From Rhizomicrobium sp. (GTDB lineage: Bacteria; Pseudomonadota; Alphaproteobacteria; Micropepsales; Micropepsaceae): a stretch of DNA of 64,000 nt. Where the stretch lies: the NCBI GenBank assembly GCA_036510185.1, contig DATCEI010000253.1, forward strand, positions 1,705 to 65,704. The letters are read 5' to 3'. The notes under the pieces were generated by a model. It was not told the DNA's origin and searched no databases. It saw only the letters and a list, made by a program, of their open reading frames with translations. This document shows, piece by piece, positions 40,201 through 47,726 of this stretch (positions are counted from its first letter, which is position 1; each line of letters begins with the position of its first letter). The translations under genes and the position numbers were made by a program.

Positions 40201-40671
40201 TGTGGCTGTCAATTGTTCCTGCGAAAGCGCAGTAATCGAAATCGGAATGTTCTGCACATCGCCGCCGATTTTCGAGGACGTGACGGTGACGGTTTCCAAT
40301 GCTGCCGAAGAGGTCGTCGCTGCGGCAAGTTGAACTGGCGTGACCAGACTGGAATCGCTGCGCACGCTGCCGTCGTGAACCACGCCCAAGGCGCCCGATT
40401 GGTCGCGACGGAGCTTGAACCCGGTGCCGGAAAGAATGCGGGTTAGCGCGGCATCGACGGAAAGATCGCCCTGCACGCCTTTGGAATAGGCGCCGCGCAC
40501 TTCATCGTCGGGATACATCAGCGCCACGCCGGACTGTTTGGCATAGGAATCGAGTGCTGCTTTCAGGTCGCCGGCGGGAATGTTGAACTGATGCGCCCAG
40601 GTGGAGGCCGCGCTTGCGAAAACCAACGCGCCGCCGCAAACCATGCGCTCAAAATATGTAAACTTGCTCAT
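37201..40671 (-). CDS. TonB-dependent transducer with N-terminal signalling (STN) domain (cassette 1)
   Basis: FNIPAG.L..AL STN start, ETVTVT TonB box, EVLRGPQGTLYGRNATAG, C-terminal W. Confidence 0.93.
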   Translation of the reverse strand: MSKFTYFERMVCGGALVFASAASTWAHQFNIPAGDLKAALDSYAKQSGVALMYPDDEVRGAYSKGVQGDLSVDAALTRILSGTGFKLRRDQSGALGVVHDGSVRSDSSLVTPVQLAAATTSSAALETVTVTSSKIGGDVQNIPISITALSQEQLTATQTAGGPDLVKQVPNMTFTKTNFSGYSIQLRGIGTQAISVTTDPAVAVAFNDTPFIRNHFFEQEFYDVSQVEVLRGPQGTLYGRNATAGVVNLVSAKPSDQFEAMASADIGNYGNRRFEGMINIPIVDDRADLRIAGEWTKRQGYSFDSLTDARIDGRDLWSGRMTLGWKPTDKLQTYLIWEHFSEDDDRMRTAKQLCKTAENPVTIDGTTLEGHYFGVSAYDPRYYVSQGCEATSLYSPDAFGVPNGLSLPYASAIGILDPPIRQGFDPYASTVQSQNLRVIESAISPTYRAKNDTLEFNADYTVTPALTFTSQTGYNNDFLFSAEDYNRFNTAPGIFNYIPGAPGWQRDTLLPDPSGQGACYEPAGDTTDTGTGVCQGLHGGAPCSPAVVAGSSEADNCWLDGVFCDPQVGCSDRLVAEDLSDEHAWQISQEFRFSSNFNGPFNFSAGGNYLHYETEENYYVFFNTLTHYTTVAGSGGAGPSQQQEWVPGVSDNSQCLAGGFVPVDPFAPHDPTANACAYIDPNPITHLNNEGHNYFLSQNPYALNSYAAFGEAYYNVFRELKLTAGLRWTDDQKHFVDIPSELLVDGYGYPSTGVVNQQWDQWTGRAAANWTPKLDFTDQTLIYGSYSHGYKAGGANPPGATLLTFQNGDIGNPIHPLTFKPEFIDAFELGSKNTLLDGALTINGDVFYYNYENYQISRIVDRTSINDNFDAHVKGAEIESTWEPVAGLRFNFAGGWEDTALAKGSKSVDLIDRTAGNSDWMVMKPFITQASNCVLPKYVVAGILNTPDFFTTGVLVDVSDIAWACGNAYTLHLDPVTLLPYTQDPTISARKDNFGNSYIPPGYHGFDPLSVDPNAPANVNNGLGLPPNNGQGFDKDISGNELPNAPPFTVSAGAQYTLPLSTDWAGTLRGDYYWQDYSWARVFNDRPYDRLRGYTNVNLTLIFTNQNGWQVMLYDKNIFNTTAITGDFLNSDDSGLTTNVFLTDPKLIGIRVTKNW

Positions 40672-40715
40672 TTCTCCCCTTTCGGCAGCCATGCCGCTCA
40701 CTTTTTTCCGCGCCG

Positions 40716-41693
40716 TCAGCGCGAAATGACCGTTTCATTCCCTCTGGTTTCGACATGCAGACCCAGCACTTCATGCGCCAGCCGCGTGAATGCGCCCACA
40801 TCGCCGGTCGGGAACGTGCCGCCCAGCGTGCGGCGGGCCGCGCCAGAATCCGCCACGATAATTTTTTCCCGGTTGTAGCGATTGAATTCCGCCGCGGCAT
40901 CGGCAAGCGTCGTGTGATCGAAAACCAGAACGCCGTGCTGCCAGCCGAGTTGGGCAGTGAGATCGCTTTGCGGTTTTTTCGTCACGTAGATCGCGTTTTC
41001 CGCGCCCGTGGCGACATCACCCGCGCCCAGCAGAAGCGGTTGCTTCAGATGTCCGTCGCGCGCGTCGAATTCCACGCGGCCTTCAAGCACGGCGACTTCG
41101 AATTGCTGCGGCCCGCTTCGCACAACGAAGCGCGTGCCAAGATCGGTGAGGCGATGACCGCTCGCCGCCACGACGAATGGCCTTGCAGCATCATGCTTCA
41201 CCTGGAAATAGGCCTCGCCTTTTTCCAGCGTGATGGACCGGCGATAGGCGCCGATATCGGCGCGCAAAACCGTATCGGTGTTCAGTTCGATGCGCGAGCC
41301 GTCCGCCAGCGCGACAGTCTCGCGTCCGCCGACGGGCGTCGTGTAAATCGTCTCCGCCGGCATCGTGAAATAAAGCACGCCTGTAACGGCAATGATGATC
41401 GCGCCCGCAAAGGCGGCAGCCATGCGATAAAAGAGCGGCCATTGCGCGCGGCGCGGTGGTTCGGAACCGGGCTGCAAGGCGCGCAGGCGATGTGTGCGGT
41501 CGAGTGCTGCTTCCAGCCGCCAGAATGTCACGCGATTGGCGGCGGACGCGGCCAGCCACGCATCGAGTTCGGCCTGATTGCTCTCGCCCCACGCATCCGT
41601 GCTTTGGCGCTCGATAAGCCAGCTCGCCGCGCGTTCCTCGACAAGCGCCGCGTTTTCGCTTTGCGGATCGGTTTTGCTGCTAATCCCGCTCAT
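40716..41693 (-). CDS. FecR family anti-sigma factor (cassette 1)
   Basis: AASW..W, TM helix, LADGSRIELNTD, GEAYF.V.HD..RPF, GTRF. Confidence 0.93.
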   Translation of the reverse strand: MSGISSKTDPQSENAALVEERAASWLIERQSTDAWGESNQAELDAWLAASAANRVTFWRLEAALDRTHRLRALQPGSEPPRRAQWPLFYRMAAAFAGAIIIAVTGVLYFTMPAETIYTTPVGGRETVALADGSRIELNTDTVLRADIGAYRRSITLEKGEAYFQVKHDAARPFVVAASGHRLTDLGTRFVVRSGPQQFEVAVLEGRVEFDARDGHLKQPLLLGAGDVATGAENAIYVTKKPQSDLTAQLGWQHGVLVFDHTTLADAAAEFNRYNREKIIVADSGAARRTLGGTFPTGDVGAFTRLAHEVLGLHVETRGNETVISR

Positions 41694-42282
41694 GCCGTTT
41701 TCCGATATGTGGAGGTTCGCTATAAAGAATATCGGCGAGCGCGCGCACGCCGTCTTCCAGATGGCGTTTCACCGTCTTCTCCGCGATGCCCATGCGGTCG
41801 GCGATTTCGCGCCGCGACAGACCCTGAATCTGGCGCATGACGAAAGCTTCGCGCGTGCGCGGCGGCAATTTATCGACGGCATCGCTGAGGCGGCGCAATT
41901 CATCTCGCGCCTGCACGCTGCGGTCGGGGCCGGGTTCGTCACCCGCCACATCGAGCACATCGGGTTCGGTCGCGGCTTCAATCGGCACCACGCGGGCGCG
42001 GCGCACGCGATCGATCAGCAGATTGCGCGCGGTTGCGAAAACAAAGGCGCGCGCCGACAGCGGCACTTCGGTATTGGCCGCTTCGTAAACGCGCACATAG
42101 ATATCCTGACGCAGATCGGCGATGTCGCTTTCATTGCGCCAATTGTGCCGCAGGAATTGCATCAGATCCGCCTCCAGCGGCAGCACTTCGCGAATGAACC
42201 ACGCTTTGATTTCCGACATGGCTTCGCCCGCGCCAATCGAAGGCGATTCCAGATTCCCGCGACTTTCCGGTTTGTCGGCCAT
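41680..42282 (-). CDS. FecI-like ECF sigma factor (cassette 1)
   Basis: DLRQDIY, ARNLLIDR, region 4 LS..EIA..MG...TV. Confidence 0.92.
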   Translation of the reverse strand: MADKPESRGNLESPSIGAGEAMSEIKAWFIREVLPLEADLMQFLRHNWRNESDIADLRQDIYVRVYEAANTEVPLSARAFVFATARNLLIDRVRRARVVPIEAATEPDVLDVAGDEPGPDRSVQARDELRRLSDAVDKLPPRTREAFVMRQIQGLSRREIADRMGIAEKTVKRHLEDGVRALADILYSEPPHIGKRHERD

Positions 42283-42379
42283 CCCCCGCCCAACGAGGTT
42301 TGCACGTCACGCTACATCTAATCAGACGAAGCGCGCACGGGGACGGCCCAGTCGCTTTATGTTTAAGGGCCGCGGGCGC

Positions 42380-42392
42380 TAACACCTTGATT
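42380..42392 (-). promoter_or_regulatory. IHF consensus site
   Basis: Minus strand AATCAA-GGTG-TTA. Confidence 0.45.
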
Positions 42393-42520
42393 CACAAGGG
42401 CTACGCTGCCATAAGCAATTTCCCGAAGGCGGTGCTGGTCAATCTTCTTATATTATTGCGATTGCCCCGCGAGCATGGACGCAACGAAGGCGGTTATCCC
42501 GCATTAGACTGGATAGAGCC

Positions 42521-43087
42521 ATGACCACCAACGCCGCCGCCGAACATCTGCATTTTCTGCGCGCCCTGATCGCGCGGCCGAAGAATGTGGGGGCCATCGC
42601 GCCATCGAGTCCGTCGCTGACGCGCGCCATTGCGGCCCAGGTCGATCCGGCGCGCGAGGGGCCGGTGCTGGAATTGGGACCGGGCACGGGCGTCATCACC
42701 GAAGCGCTGATCGAACGCGGCATTGCGCAATCGCGCATCACGGCAGTGGAATATGATTCTGATTTTGCGAAGCTGGTGGCCTCGCGCTTTCCCCGCGTGA
42801 ATGTGGTGCAGGGCGATGCGTTCAATCTGGATATCACATTGAACGATGCGGGCACGAGCTACGCTGCCATCGTGTCGGGCTTGCCGCTGCTTAATCATTC
42901 GCCGGAGCGGCGGCATGTTCTGATTCAAAGTGTGCTGGCGCGACTCGCGCCCGGCGCGCCCTATGTACAGTTCTCGTATGGAATGCGGCCGCCGATATCG
43001 GCGGGAAACGGCTACACCGTGAAACGCGCGGCGTTCATCTGGCGCAACCTGCCGCCCGCGCGCGTGTGGGTTTACAGACGAACCTAA
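42521..43087 (+). CDS. pmtA: Phospholipid N-methyltransferase (PmtA type)
   Basis: VGAIAPSS, VLELGPGTG, SGLPLLN, VQFSYG, NLPPARVWVY. Confidence 0.85.
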   Translation: MTTNAAAEHLHFLRALIARPKNVGAIAPSSPSLTRAIAAQVDPAREGPVLELGPGTGVITEALIERGIAQSRITAVEYDSDFAKLVASRFPRVNVVQGDAFNLDITLNDAGTSYAAIVSGLPLLNHSPERRHVLIQSVLARLAPGAPYVQFSYGMRPPISAGNGYTVKRAAFIWRNLPPARVWVYRRT

Positions 43088-43115
43088 TCTGCGCTGGCTA
43101 AGATCATCATCATTC

Positions 43116-43201
43116 CCGTCATCACCCGGCTCGTCCGGGTGATCCAATTTGTTTTCTGGTCGAAGAAAAATGGATTGCCCGGACAAGCCGGGCAATGACG
43201 G
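43116..43201. repeat. REP-like palindromic doublet
   Basis: CCGTCATCACCCGGCTCGTCCGGGTGATCCA...TGGATTGCCCGGACAAGCCGGGCAATGACGG between convergent genes. Confidence 0.8.
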
Positions 43202-43223
43202 TGGATAGGTAGGAGGACTCTGG

Positions 43224-44828
43224 CTATTCCGCCGCTTCCGCCAATTGCGGAGCCGCTTCCAGCACATCATTACCGACATGGGCTTCGAATTTGCGGAAAT
43301 TCTCGCGGAACATGGCAACAAGCTTCCGCGCCTGCGCGTCATACGCAGCCTTGTCGGCCCATGTGTCGCGCGGGTTGAGAATCTTCGTATCGACGCCGGG
43401 CACAGCAACCGGCACGCGGAAGCGGAAATGCGGATCGACGCGCATTTCGATATCGGCAAGCGAGCCATCGAGGGCTGCCGCCAGCAACGCGCGCGTCGCC
43501 TTGATCGGCATGCGCGAGCCGGTGCCGAATGCCCCGCCCGTCCAGCCCGTGTTGACGAGCCAGCAATCAGCCTGATGTTCGGCTATCAATTCGCGCAGCA
43601 GATTTCCGTATTCCGTCGGATGGCGCGGCATGAAGGGCGCGCCGAAACAGGTGGAGAATGTCGGCTGCGGTTCTTTGCCGAGGCCCTTTTCCGTGCCCGC
43701 GACTTTCGCGGTGAAGCCGGAGAGGAAGTGATACATCGCCTGGCTGGACGTGAGCTTCGCAATCGGCGGCAACACGCCGAACGCATCCGCCGTCAGCATG
43801 ATGACGTTTTTCGGATGACCGGCTCTGCCCGTTTCGCTCGCATTGGGAATGAAATCGATCGGGTAAGCCGCGCGCGTGTTCTCCGCATAATGCGCGCTGT
43901 CGAGATCGAGTTCGCGCGTGGCGGGGTCCATCACGACATTTTCCAGCACGGTGCCGAAACGCTGCGTGGTGGAATAAATCTCAGGCTCGGCTTCCTTCGA
44001 AAGCTTGATCACCTTGGCATAGCAGCCGCCTTCGATGTTGAAGACGCCATGCTCGCTCCAGCCATGTTCGTCATCGCCGATCAGCGTGCGCGTGGCATCC
44101 GCAGACAGCGTCGTCTTGCCGGTGCCGGAAAGGCCGAAGAAAATCGCGGCCTTGCCATCCTTGCCAACATTGGCCGAGCAATGCATGGACATCACGCGCT
44201 TGGGCGGCAGCAGGTAATTCATGATCGTGAAGACGGATTTCTTCATCTCGCCCGCATAGGAAGTGCCGCCGATCAGAACCATCTTCTTGGCGAAATTGAC
44301 GGCGATCACCGTTTTGCTGATGCAGCCATGCCGCGCCGGATCGGCCTCGAAATTCGGCAGATCGATGATCGTGAATTCCGGATCGAAGCCCTGCAATTGC
44401 TCCGCCGTCGGACGGATCAGCAATTGGTGCACGAACAGCGAGTGCCACGCATATTCGGTGATGACGCGCACGGGCAGGCGATGGGATAAATCCGCGCCAC
44501 CGAACAGATCCTTGGCGAACAGCTCGCGGCCTTGCGCGAATTCCATCATGTCGGCGTAGAGCGCATCGAAATGCGCCGGCGTCATGGGCTTGTTGTTGTC
44601 CCACCAGACCTGCGATTCGGTGGAGGCATCTCGCACGACGAATTTGTCGTTGGCGGAGCGGCCAGTGTGCTGGCCCGTGAGCACCACCAGCGGCCCGTTC
44701 TTGGCGACCTGGCCTTCGCCGCGCGCCACGCTCATTTCATAGAGGACAGGCGCGGACAGATTCCAGTTGACCGATTTCAGATTCCGGAATCCGTGGCGAT
44801 CAAGCCCGAACGCGCTCCCCTCAGCCAT
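43224..44828 (-). CDS. pckA: Phosphoenolpyruvate carboxykinase (ATP)
   Basis: [33 protein letters not shown]. Confidence 0.97.
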   Translation of the reverse strand: MAEGSAFGLDRHGFRNLKSVNWNLSAPVLYEMSVARGEGQVAKNGPLVVLTGQHTGRSANDKFVVRDASTESQVWWDNNKPMTPAHFDALYADMMEFAQGRELFAKDLFGGADLSHRLPVRVITEYAWHSLFVHQLLIRPTAEQLQGFDPEFTIIDLPNFEADPARHGCISKTVIAVNFAKKMVLIGGTSYAGEMKKSVFTIMNYLLPPKRVMSMHCSANVGKDGKAAIFFGLSGTGKTTLSADATRTLIGDDEHGWSEHGVFNIEGGCYAKVIKLSKEAEPEIYSTTQRFGTVLENVVMDPATRELDLDSAHYAENTRAAYPIDFIPNASETGRAGHPKNVIMLTADAFGVLPPIAKLTSSQAMYHFLSGFTAKVAGTEKGLGKEPQPTFSTCFGAPFMPRHPTEYGNLLRELIAEHQADCWLVNTGWTGGAFGTGSRMPIKATRALLAAALDGSLADIEMRVDPHFRFRVPVAVPGVDTKILNPRDTWADKAAYDAQARKLVAMFRENFRKFEAHVGNDVLEAAPQLAEAAE

Positions 44829-45005
44829 GCTCGCTCCTGGCGGCGGGTTTCGGCCCACCGCAAAATATGTTTATGACCGCCGAGCATAGGCGTTAGGTTC
44901 CTGCCCGGCAAGAAAACCCCTAAACCGGGGGGCCGGACGAAGGCAAGATTAGCCGCCGTTTACGGTGAAGGCGGATCGTCGCGGGGAACTTAAGGGCTTC
45001 ATTCC

Positions 45006-45797
45006 ATGGCGTTTTCCGACGAAGAGCTGGAACGCTATGCCCGCCACATCGTGCTGCGGCAGGTGGGCGGGCCGGGACAGGCGCGGCTGAAGGCTGCCCG
45101 CGTGCTGGTGGTGGGGGCAGGCGGGCTGGGCAGCCCCGTCATCCTCTATCTGGCGGCGGCGGGGGTGGGGACCATCGGCATTGCGGATTTCGATTCCGTG
45201 TCGCTGTCCAACCTCCAGCGCCAGATCGCCCACCGGACTGAAGATGTCGGTCAGCCCAAGACGGAATCGGCCGCCCGCGCGGCCCATGCCATCAATCCCA
45301 ACGTCCGGATCGAGCCGCACGCAACGCGGCTTTCGGCGGAAAATGCGCTGGACCTGATCGGCCGCTACGACATCGTGGCGGACGGATCGGACAATTTCGC
45401 CACCCGGTTTCTCATCAACGATGCCTGTTTTTTTGCGGCCAAGACTTTGATCTCCGCCGCGATTACTGAATTCGATGGGCAATTGGCCACATTCAAGGCC
45501 CATGACCGGACGGGCGCCTACCCCTGCTATCGCTGCCTTTTTCCCGAACCGCCGCCGGGCACGGCCCCCTCGTGCTCCGAAACAGGGGTTCTGGGCGCTG
45601 CCGCGGGCGTCATGGGGACGTTGCAAGCACTTGAGATCATTAAAGAAATTATCGGCGTCGGCGAAAGCCTCGCCGGGCGGCTCCTCATCTATGAGGCGCT
45701 TGAAACCCGCTTCCGCACCGTCCGCGTGAAGCCCGATCCGGCCTGTGCCCTCTGCGGCCCCCACCCCACCATCACCGGCCTGTCGATTCATATTTAA
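45006..45797 (+). CDS. moeB: MoeB/ThiF family adenylyltransferase
   Basis: RYARH, GAGGLG, SNLQRQ, CYRC and C..CG zinc sites. Confidence 0.88.
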   Translation: MAFSDEELERYARHIVLRQVGGPGQARLKAARVLVVGAGGLGSPVILYLAAAGVGTIGIADFDSVSLSNLQRQIAHRTEDVGQPKTESAARAAHAINPNVRIEPHATRLSAENALDLIGRYDIVADGSDNFATRFLINDACFFAAKTLISAAITEFDGQLATFKAHDRTGAYPCYRCLFPEPPPGTAPSCSETGVLGAAAGVMGTLQALEIIKEIIGVGESLAGRLLIYEALETRFRTVRVKPDPACALCGPHPTITGLSIHI

Positions 45798-45808
45798 CTG
45801 CGGTTTAA
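45794..45808. promoter_or_regulatory. CtrA-type box
   Basis: TTAA-CTGCGGT-TTAA (TTAA-N7-TTAA), 38 bp before ATG 45846. Confidence 0.55.
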
Positions 45809-45845
45809 ATGCGTTGCGTCAGACTTGTCCCGCGAAGGGGAGGGT

Positions 45846-47573
45846 ATGGCGCAGGAAATCCATTACGAAATCTTCCGGCGGGTCGGCTCGAAAGGGGGCT
45901 GGACGTTGCACGACGTCATGGCCAATCGCGAGATCGCCCTTGAGGCCGCGTCCGAACTCATGGCCCGCGAAAAGGCGACGGGAGTAAAGGTCGTCAAGGA
46001 AACCTACACGACCGAGACGGGCGATTATCTCTCGCTGAAAATTTTCGAGGACGGCCACACGCGCATGAAGACCGAGGCCGCCGCCGAGGACATGCCGCAT
46101 GCGCTGCCCTGTTTCAAACCGGACGATCTTTATTCCTATCACGCGCGCGCCACGATTGCGCGGCTGCTGTCCGAATTCCTCGCGCGCCAGAAATGGACTG
46201 TGACCGAATTGATCCATCGCGCCGATGCGCTGGAGAAACTGGAAGCGACCGGCACGCTTTACCAGCATGCGATTCAGAAAGTGGCGGTGGCGCAGGCCTC
46301 GTCCACATCGATGCCCGTGCAGCAGATCATCAAAAGCCTGAACGAGCTGGCAACCAAGGCCATTCATCGCGTCTATCGCGACGCGCGGCAAAAACTTTTT
46401 CCGAAAGTGAATGCGGGCGAGTTCGGCAAGGCCGCGGAAAAACTCGCGCGCAATGCCGACGGCGCGTATCTGTTGAACGCGGCAATTGCGCAATATCTGG
46501 CGGACGCCAAAAGCTGGGACGAAAAACTCCGCCGCCTGCTGGCGCTGATGGATGAAGCGCCCACCGAGGGTGCGGGCCGCACGCTTTTGCTGTCATCGGT
46601 CGATTCCATTGTGGCCGAAGTGCTGAGCGGTTCAGCGGCGCTCACCGAACTAATCGGCCCGGAGGAAAATCTTGGCCACGCGATTCTCGATCTCGTGCGG
46701 TTGTTCGCGGGCGAGGAATACGACACATCGGGCAAGGGGCTGGCGTCGCTTTCCGAACATTTCGCGAAAGACGATTTGTCGGAATCGCGCATGGCCATCG
46801 CCAACCGCATTCTGGCCGAGATCAAAAGCGTAAAGCGGCTGTCCCACGATTCCATGGGCGAGGAATTGCAGCTGCTGCGCCGCATCGCCAACAATCTTGT
46901 TCTGGCGCAGGGCAAATATCTCGCCTATGAGGATCTGGTCGCGTCGTTCACCTTGCGCTCGCGCCGCCTCATCGCGCAGGAATCCATTGGCGAATATCTG
47001 GACGGCGCGGCCTCGCCGGATGAAAAACTGGAACGGCTTCTGATCGTGGAAGAGAACATCATCGGTCAGGAGAACAAGCGCAATCTGGGCGCGTTTGTCG
47101 TGCCGGTCGTGACATCCGCGCAGTTCGAAACGCATTTCGTCAATGCAAAGACGCCCGCGCTGTCGCGGCTGAAGCGTCTTGCCGATTTGCAGGGCCGCGT
47201 GCGCCGTTCGACGTTTCAGGATATCCAGCGCCGCGAGATCGCCGATGTTCTGGACCGTATTGCATTGCAGGTCGAAGCGCAGTCGAAACTGCTCGACGCC
47301 ATCGCGATGAAAGCGGCCACGCCTACGGAAATGGCCGTGACCGTGCTGAAACTTTTCACAGGCGGCATGCTGACCGAAGGAAAATTGTCGGCGAAAGCGC
47401 GCGACATGGTTGTCGCCTGTCTTTCGCGGCCCGGATTTCTCACCGGCTATGTCGCCCATCTCGGCGCGCAGGGTGCCAAGCCCGACGCCGAAACCGCGAT
47501 GCACGAATTGATGCGGACGCTTCAGAAAGCGGGCATCACGCCGGAAACGGGATTGCGCTCGATTGCGGCATAG
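45846..47573 (+). CDS. Large helical cytoplasmic hypothetical protein
   Basis: Long ORF with host-like codon usage and GGAGG RBS; no family recognised. Confidence 0.75.
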   Translation: MAQEIHYEIFRRVGSKGGWTLHDVMANREIALEAASELMAREKATGVKVVKETYTTETGDYLSLKIFEDGHTRMKTEAAAEDMPHALPCFKPDDLYSYHARATIARLLSEFLARQKWTVTELIHRADALEKLEATGTLYQHAIQKVAVAQASSTSMPVQQIIKSLNELATKAIHRVYRDARQKLFPKVNAGEFGKAAEKLARNADGAYLLNAAIAQYLADAKSWDEKLRRLLALMDEAPTEGAGRTLLLSSVDSIVAEVLSGSAALTELIGPEENLGHAILDLVRLFAGEEYDTSGKGLASLSEHFAKDDLSESRMAIANRILAEIKSVKRLSHDSMGEELQLLRRIANNLVLAQGKYLAYEDLVASFTLRSRRLIAQESIGEYLDGAASPDEKLERLLIVEENIIGQENKRNLGAFVVPVVTSAQFETHFVNAKTPALSRLKRLADLQGRVRRSTFQDIQRREIADVLDRIALQVEAQSKLLDAIAMKAATPTEMAVTVLKLFTGGMLTEGKLSAKARDMVVACLSRPGFLTGYVAHLGAQGAKPDAETAMHELMRTLQKAGITPETGLRSIAA

Positions 47574-47600
47574 GTTCGGTTTAATTCCAACTCCCCACAA

Positions 47601-47719
47601 CCGTCATGGCCGGATTTAATCCGGCCATCCATCCGATGCGTGTCTACGCAGCAAAGAGACTCTTCTGCGCTCGCCGACGCGAGCGCGATGGGTGGCCGGG
47701 TCAAGCCCGGCCATGACGG
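47601..47719. repeat. REP-like palindromic doublet
   Basis: CCGTCATGGCCGGATTTAATCCGGCCATCCA...TGGCCGGGTCAAGCCCGGCCATGACGG between convergent genes. Confidence 0.8.
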
Positions 47720-47726
47720 AAATTTT

